DNA of 32,000 nucleotides from Puniceicoccales bacterium (GTDB lineage Bacteria; Verrucomicrobiota; Verrucomicrobiia; Opitutales; JAIRLM01): NCBI GenBank assembly GCA_031268795.1, contig JAIRWT010000010.1, positions 7,197 to 39,196 of the forward strand, read 5' to 3'. Shown piece by piece: positions 27,074 to 32,000 of this stretch (position 1 is its first letter; each line of letters starts with the position of its first letter). The notes under the pieces were generated by a model. It saw only the letters and a program-made list of their open reading frames with translations, ran no database searches and was not told where the DNA came from. The position numbers and the translations under genes were made by a program.

Positions 27074-29569
27074 TTATGACTTAACCGCAATAGGCCGTAA
27101 AAAACGCTGTGATTTAGTACATATGCCGTAGTTCCGGGCAGGACCATCCTTCCGGCCATGGGCCACTAAAATCATTGCATCATTCGGCACTTCATTGGGC
27201 GAAGTTTGAAGCATCAGTCCGGACGGCAAGATCACTGTCACATCCCTCATGTCAGTGAAACACACATAAACGGGGACTAGCGTAAATGCCGCTAGGAATG
27301 CAACGTCAAGCATGCCGCCACGTCGGCCCGGTTTCCTGGTAACTTCTTTCCCATATTCTGACACGCTTTGGGGGATAGCAACGGCCGCAAGTCCTTTCAC
27401 TTGCCTGGCGCGGTTCTCGTTTTCAAGATTGATTCGCGCCTGATTAAAAATTTCTTTCACACGGCTAGTAGTAGCAGCAGGCAGCAAGCAGTCATAAAGG
27501 CAATGGCGCACAACACACTGGGCCGTAAACTGCGCCTGGTCGCATAAACTTTCCTCACAAGCCTTTTCATCACAGGTTACACTATGTTGCAGGCGGATTT
27601 GCCCAGGCACTGATACGAACCTATCCTGAAACTGTCTGGTTACAACTGGTAGGTCCGTATGATTGTGCGCTAAAGTAGCCACACGCAAGACGAGATCCGG
27701 ATCGCGTTCCCCATTTACTACCGCATTTCCAAATGCGTTCAATGCGTCCAATAGCAAAACATCCAGCGCAAAGGCATTGCTCACAGCATTCTGCACCTGC
27801 TGTGATTCGTTCAGAAAAAGCATAAGCGCAATTGCGTTAAAAAGGCAATTAGCACTTTCCCTCACGGTAACTTGCAGGAATCCTAAGTCGCGTGTTAGCA
27901 CGGAATGTGCATCCGTTGCCCAATGCGGAATTTGCCCATGATAGGTTGACGACACCTGGTCTTCCCCGGCTGCGACAATGTCGCGCTGGCTAATTATTTG
28001 CAGGCCGAACAATGAAAGGTCACACGGCTGCACGGCTGTTACTGTTTCCGTTGCTGTGGGAACAACTTCGCCGGTAACGCTAACGACTGACACCGGCAAA
28101 ACCATGGTTGCTTCGCGCGGCATGGTGCTTCGACCAATATCTTTAGCTACCAGCCCAATAAAAAATTCACACAATTCTTTGTGTGACAGGCGTTTTCCGC
28201 CGGACCTTTCCGTTTCAACCATTGCGCCTATTCCCGCAGCGTAGCGCTGGCGCTCATCCACGGAAAGACATTTTTCCGCCACTTCAGAAACGGACACCTG
28301 CGTCCCCGCGGCGCGTGCTCTTGCAGCAAACAAGGCAAAAACAATACGAAGAATTCCGCAATTTCGCACGCAAATATTTGCCATCTCAATCCCGGTCACC
28401 ACGATGACATCACCTTGAAGTCTTTCTGCAATAGCGAGGGCAGCGTCTCGTGGCAATAGCGTGCGAAAAGCATGCGCAAACATCTGCACAGCACCATTGC
28501 CATCAGTTTCCCTTTCTTCGAACGCTAAGTCGGTCAGAGCGATAGGAATTTCCATATTTGAAATTCCGACGGAACGCGCAATGCGGCTAAACTCAAGCGT
28601 GACAGCTAGATTGCTGGGGTGCTCAATGCGGGATAGTGAGCCTTGCGCCTCCCGCAATGAATGCGGGCATAATCGTCCCCCCGCGTACCTAAGGACTGTA
28701 TGCAGGTTATACTCCATGAAATCAGGAAAATTTATTCCGCGATAGACACAATATCGCGCATCGTTTGGCGCAGTCCATACATCAGGTCGTATGCCTGAAA
28801 GATGTAGAAACTGGTAGCCTAAAGTCAAATAATTGGCTGTGTTCAGTCGGCGCCCGTCCGGTGTCACGAAAAGATCCGCATTTGAGGCAAAATAGAAATC
28901 TGCCCACATAAGGGAATATGATATTTGCAATAAGTCTCCCTGTATGTGTTCGGCCAATAGGATCGTTGCCGGGTTGCGGGCAAACTGTTCCGCAATGGAA
29001 TTAACATTGTCCGTAGTAATATCGCCAAACAATTCCATCACAAATGAATTGGTGAGGTGGTCGTATTCATGGGACGCAATTCTTTCACGCCGTTCATCAC
29101 CCATCTCCCCCCATGAGCTAATAATTGCTTGCAAATTTCCGTTTGCAGTTCCGCCCCTATTATGGGCGTAGTACTCCATGTCCGGAGCCGATTGCGGCAT
29201 CGGTACGAATTGGGGTAACAAATTTCCGAGTGTCCTTGGAATGCTGACATGGGGTGAACCACGATGAAGCGACCCCATAATTGCCACTTGCAGCGCCAGT
29301 ATGGGGAGGCATTCACTGGGAAAACTCAAAAAAGCTGCCCCTTGCGTTTGACGCGCATGACTAACAGCGCAACCTAACACTTCGGTCGCTATGTCCCAAA
29401 AGACTTGTGTAATAGGGTTGCCAATCTTCCGAAAACTCGCCACATACTGGTTTGCTCCTTCGTTCTTGGTCAATTCGATGGACCATCCGTCCCGGTTAAC
29501 CCTAAAAAGAGAAGTTAATTTCATTCCCATGACTGGATCGACTATGACTATCGCCACTAATGTCGACAT
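27074..29569 (-). CDS. Large orphan protein with a C-terminal OTU-like cysteine protease (putative deubiquitinase) domain
   Basis: 831-aa ORF. Residues of about 555-815 (nt 27125-27907) match the OTU layout. The Cys motif is VTVRESANCLFNAIALML (Cys575). The variable-loop block is EYGKEVTRKPGRRGGMLDVAFLAAFTLVPVYVC, comparable to the OTU consensus WGG-x-x-E-L-x-A-L-A. The His motif is AMILVAHG...NYG (His804). I recognise nothing in the N-terminal roughly 550 aa. Confidence 0.65.
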   Translation of the reverse strand: MSTLVAIVIVDPVMGMKLTSLFRVNRDGWSIELTKNEGANQYVASFRKIGNPITQVFWDIATEVLGCAVSHARQTQGAAFLSFPSECLPILALQVAIMGSLHRGSPHVSIPRTLGNLLPQFVPMPQSAPDMEYYAHNRGGTANGNLQAIISSWGEMGDERRERIASHEYDHLTNSFVMELFGDITTDNVNSIAEQFARNPATILLAEHIQGDLLQISYSLMWADFYFASNADLFVTPDGRRLNTANYLTLGYQFLHLSGIRPDVWTAPNDARYCVYRGINFPDFMEYNLHTVLRYAGGRLCPHSLREAQGSLSRIEHPSNLAVTLEFSRIARSVGISNMEIPIALTDLAFEERETDGNGAVQMFAHAFRTLLPRDAALAIAERLQGDVIVVTGIEMANICVRNCGILRIVFALFAARARAAGTQVSVSEVAEKCLSVDERQRYAAGIGAMVETERSGGKRLSHKELCEFFIGLVAKDIGRSTMPREATMVLPVSVVSVTGEVVPTATETVTAVQPCDLSLFGLQIISQRDIVAAGEDQVSSTYHGQIPHWATDAHSVLTRDLGFLQVTVRESANCLFNAIALMLFLNESQQVQNAVSNAFALDVLLLDALNAFGNAVVNGERDPDLVLRVATLAHNHTDLPVVTRQFQDRFVSVPGQIRLQHSVTCDEKACEESLCDQAQFTAQCVVRHCLYDCLLPAATTSRVKEIFNQARINLENENRARQVKGLAAVAIPQSVSEYGKEVTRKPGRRGGMLDVAFLAAFTLVPVYVCFTDMRDVTVILPSGLMLQTSPNEVPNDAMILVAHGRKDGPARNYGICTKSQRFLRPIAVKS

Positions 29570-29697
29570 GTTTCTATTAAATAAGCATTTCGCGCGCGTT
29601 GAAATTTTAATATATTGATTGTGAAGACATTACCGCAAAATATAATTCCGCACTCGGCAATCTCAGATTCTTAATTGAGGTTGGCCATCCTGGCGAT

Positions 29698-30858
29698 TTA
29701 TTCACTTGCAAATGCTTCGCATATAATTTCGGATGTGGTTGTTGCGTTCGAATGCGGCATGCGCACACGTCGTCCGTAAATGCCAGGACATTGATAACCG
29801 GTTATAACTGCCACCGGGAAATCGATAAAATCGGTAAATCTTTGTAGCAATGTTTGTTGTTCGGGTATGAGAAAATTGGTAACCCGATTGCTGTTTGCGC
29901 TCATCCGCTCACGCCCGATGCTTTGTTGCTGTACCGATCCGAGACCACAGGGGTTAAAGCAAAATGTATCACATCCATATTTTAAGCCAAGGAATTGCGC
30001 ATATATGCCATCAGTAAAGGCTCCAGTGATGGAAACGTTATCTCCGCAAACGGGCAAAATGCTTCGAAATGCTGCCTCAAATGCTGCCGTTCGAGAATCC
30101 ATCCAGGGGCAGGCGGCGGAGGCAAATGCCGTCATTCGTTTCGAATGTGCGCTCGTTATTCTTGGGGCGAGGTATGTATTATTATCGGCGTCCGTATAAA
30201 TCATGAAACTAATACCAAGATCTTCGTTATGAAGTTCATAGCCGGTAACGGAAATATTCTCATTGAGAATAATTTCTTCCGGCCCGGAGGCAGAACGAAA
30301 ACCTGCCGACAATAATTCTTCCCTTTGATTCATAAACTTGTCTGGCCAAATGCTTTCCGACCCGGCCGGAAGCCAATTGGGTAATGGCAATTCACATAAT
30401 GCGCTCGAAATTTGAATGCGCTCCTTTTCCTCAAGGAAATTTTGTCCACAAAAAGGTATTGGATTAACCATATAGCCTGTTTCCGCGAAGGTTCTGTCCG
30501 GGTTTTTGATGGCAATTCCATAGCCAATTATTGTTAGTGTAGTGGCCATCGCAAAAAGCCCAAAGCTAATGCCAAAGCCGATTGGTCCGAAAAAAATTGA
30601 CACACCTATTCCAATACACTTTAAAATGGGAATAACAATGCCACTAGTAACGCCGATACCGGTAAGTATCCAATTCGTAGCATCATGCGAAGTTCCCATT
30701 AGGGTTTTTAATCCCTGCATCAAATTCATAATGGGAATATATGCCGAAATTCCACGCGCATCCGTTGCTCCCATTTTAAGTTTTTCGTTAACCCGATCAG
30801 CTAATAAAGTGCGCTGGTCGGGTGTCGAATAGGAATGAACTGAAGGGTCAACGAACAC
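29698..30858 (-). CDS. Orphan membrane protein with a hydrophobic hairpin and an alpha/beta-hydrolase (lipase-3/DUF2974-like) domain whose nucleophile elbow is non-canonical
   Basis: 386-aa ORF. Residues 62-117 form the hairpin (NWILTGIGVTSGIVIPILKCIGIGVSIFFGPIGFGISFGLFAMATTLTIIGYGIAI). In the C-terminal domain, ISFMIYTDADNNTYLAPR ... NVSITGAFTDGIYAQFLGLKYGCDTFCFNPCGLG parallels the lipase pattern (strand, GHSxGG, helix, strand, xxPG), but GxSxG is replaced by GAFTDG. The gene lies 128 nt upstream of the OTU gene on the same strand. Confidence 0.5.
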   Translation of the reverse strand: MFVDPSVHSYSTPDQRTLLADRVNEKLKMGATDARGISAYIPIMNLMQGLKTLMGTSHDATNWILTGIGVTSGIVIPILKCIGIGVSIFFGPIGFGISFGLFAMATTLTIIGYGIAIKNPDRTFAETGYMVNPIPFCGQNFLEEKERIQISSALCELPLPNWLPAGSESIWPDKFMNQREELLSAGFRSASGPEEIILNENISVTGYELHNEDLGISFMIYTDADNNTYLAPRITSAHSKRMTAFASAACPWMDSRTAAFEAAFRSILPVCGDNVSITGAFTDGIYAQFLGLKYGCDTFCFNPCGLGSVQQQSIGRERMSANSNRVTNFLIPEQQTLLQRFTDFIDFPVAVITGYQCPGIYGRRVRMPHSNATTTSEIICEAFASE

Positions 30859-31004
30859 TATAATTGTAGTTTAAACGCTGATAGCAAATTTGTAAATTAA
30901 TTTCCAATGCCAACTTCCACATTCGCAAGTTTTCGTCCGCCACGGCGATGTCCGACAATAGTCTGACAATTTTGGAAGTGCGATTTTTGTGGATCGCTTG
31001 GAAC

Positions 31005-32000
31005 CTATTTTCTTGGCGGTTTTGAAAAAAATTCAAAACGCAGCGGACAGCCGCCCAAGTCGAAGGATTCAATGCATTGACGTCGGAGACGAGACTCATA
31101 GGTTTTATTGAGCAACCGCCGTTGATTGCAATAGATACGCATGGTGTGAGGATACGTTGCCGTTTGAAGGGCGTAAAATAACTTGAACGGCTTTCCATGC
31201 ATGCTGTGAAACGAGGAAACGCATTCGCCCAGGATACGGTTGAGCATGCCGGTTGTCAGTTTTTTTTGCGCCCTTTCAGCCACCTGAAACGCCGTTGCAA
31301 CAATTTGTCCTCTATTTTTATCGGTAAGGGCGGAAGTGAACAAAATGGGGACATTAACCCAGGCGAATAGTTCCTTGTGTAGTTTTGCCTCATAGCTTTT
31401 TCGAAAAGCATCAACACTTTCATACGCTGGCAGATTACCACCAGAAAATGCCAGGTAAGAAAGATCCCATTTGTTGACAATGACGGCAAGGGGCCGGCCC
31501 AGGGCTTCGACTTCATGGACAATTCGCTGCACCTGCCGAGTTATCCCGTTCACGGCATCTAAAACGAGAAAAATTACGTCCACCCGCCCCATGGCCTCTC
31601 GAGCACGAACCGAGGAAAAATATTCCACGGATGAATCCATTTTCCCGAAGGACCGCAGCCCAGCGGTGTCCACTAGGCGAATGTTTTTTGTGTCCCCATC
31701 TGGCCCAACGGCTTCAAACTTTGCGGAAATGCTATCCCTGGTTGTTCCCGCCGTCTCGCTGACAATGACCCGGGATGTGCCAACCAAAAGATTGGTTAGG
31801 GATGATTTTCCAACGTTTGGTGCCCCGACAAAGGCGATGGAAAGATCCGTCTCGTCGCGTGCGGATTCGTCGTTTGCCTCGGCATCACTCGGGATTACTT
31901 TCTCTCGGATTTCTCCAATGGCCGTCTGCAGCACATCAATGCCTCGGTTGTGTTCCGCTGAGATGGCAATGGGCGCCCGGGCAAACCCGAATTTGGTAAA
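31005..32000 (-). CDS. der: Ribosome-associated GTPase Der/EngA (5' end lies beyond the window edge)
   Basis: The frame stays open to nt 32000. Residues encoded at 31935-32000 read FTKFGFARAPIAISAEHNRGID, which is the end of GTPase domain 1. The second G domain follows with GAPNVGKSS, TTRD, DTAGLR and NKWD, and then the KH-like C-terminal domain. Confidence 0.9.
   Translation of the reverse strand, partial: FTKFGFARAPIAISAEHNRGIDVLQTAIGEIREKVIPSDAEANDESARDETDLSIAFVGAPNVGKSSLTNLLVGTSRVIVSETAGTTRDSISAKFEAVGPDGDTKNIRLVDTAGLRSFGKMDSSVEYFSSVRAREAMGRVDVIFLVLDAVNGITRQVQRIVHEVEALGRPLAVIVNKWDLSYLAFSGGNLPAYESVDAFRKSYEAKLHKELFAWVNVPILFTSALTDKNRGQIVATAFQVAERAQKKLTTGMLNRILGECVSSFHSMHGKPFKLFYALQTATYPHTMRIYCNQRRLLNKTYESRLRRQCIESFDLGGCPLRFEFFSKPPRK

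Noticed and set aside
26677-27084. Three overlapping ORFs (135, 95 and 101 aa) cover the tRNA-Ala gene and the downstream gap.
   Set aside because: They run through a tRNA gene, overlap each other in different frames, and have Arg/Cys/Trp-rich composition that does not look like a protein.
28330-28400. A second N-C motif (VRNCGILRIVFALF, aa 402-414) could mark a second, degenerate OTU domain like the dual-OTU Legionella LotA.
   Set aside because: The motif has an insertion relative to NCLFRA, and I could not find matching WGG/EL-AL or His blocks downstream of it.
29057-29071. An HExxH motif (SHEYDHLTNSFVMELFGD) in the N-terminal region of the OTU protein hints at a zinc metalloprotease.
   Set aside because: A five-residue pattern occurs often by chance. 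I saw no third zinc ligand at a family-typical spacing, no Met-turn and no surrounding conserved helix context. It is worth checking only through a structure prediction.
30936-30946. The sequence tccgccacggc near the der-proximal border resembles the tRNA-Ala 3' end (tccaccacgca) and could be a remnant att repeat.
   Set aside because: Only 9 of 11 positions match. That is too short and too imperfect to distinguish from chance without a statistical alignment.
30848-31198. A 116-aa minus-strand ORF bridges the der 3' end and the next gene.
   Set aside because: It overlaps the well-supported der C-terminus in another frame and has no recognisable features.
1-32000. I searched by eye for CRISPR arrays, IS elements or transposase genes, integrases, phage genes, toxin-antitoxin pairs and known defence-system genes.
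   Set aside because: I saw no repeat-spacer periodicity, no terminal inverted repeats and no DDE, tyrosine-recombinase or serine-recombinase motifs. The only clear repeat is the 25-bp tandem duplication at 18725-18779.

Overview
The window is a gene-dense chromosomal segment from a Gram-negative-type bacterium. Conserved housekeeping genes make up most of it. Envelope and shape genes are lpxB, mreB, murG and a SEDS rodA/ftsW. Translation genes are rpsA, rpsP, trmD, an EF-P, der and three tRNAs. The rest are thyA, an RNase E/G, a HIT hydrolase, a 7TM-HD (PgpH-like) phosphohydrolase, a family-5 peptide-binding lipoprotein, yraN and a group-B-like [FeFe] hydrogenase. I saw no CRISPR array, IS element, integrase or rRNA. 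The interesting part is the orphan ORFs wedged between these genes, which have no bacterial housekeeping look and carry eukaryote-directed features. Four of them (4670-6886, 9939-11741, 17323-18777, 29698-30858) share one layout: a short hydrophilic N-terminus, a 50-75 aa Gly/Ala/Ile-rich hydrophobic hairpin, then a large and different soluble domain. That layout resembles chlamydial Inc proteins. The soluble domains are a helical/coiled-coil domain, a calpain/papain-like Q-x5-C...H...N motif set, leucine-rich repeats, and an alpha/beta-hydrolase-like domain with a degenerate nucleophile elbow. A fifth orphan (27074-29569) carries a C-terminal OTU-type deubiquitinase signature. A sixth (21835-22296) ends in a CaaX prenylation box (CLLL-stop). 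A perfect 25-bp tandem duplication sets the reading frame of the LRR gene. My best hypothesis is an undescribed set of host-membrane-targeted effectors in an uncultivated, possibly anaerobic, host-associated lineage. All functional calls rest on motif reading by eye, and no database search was possible.
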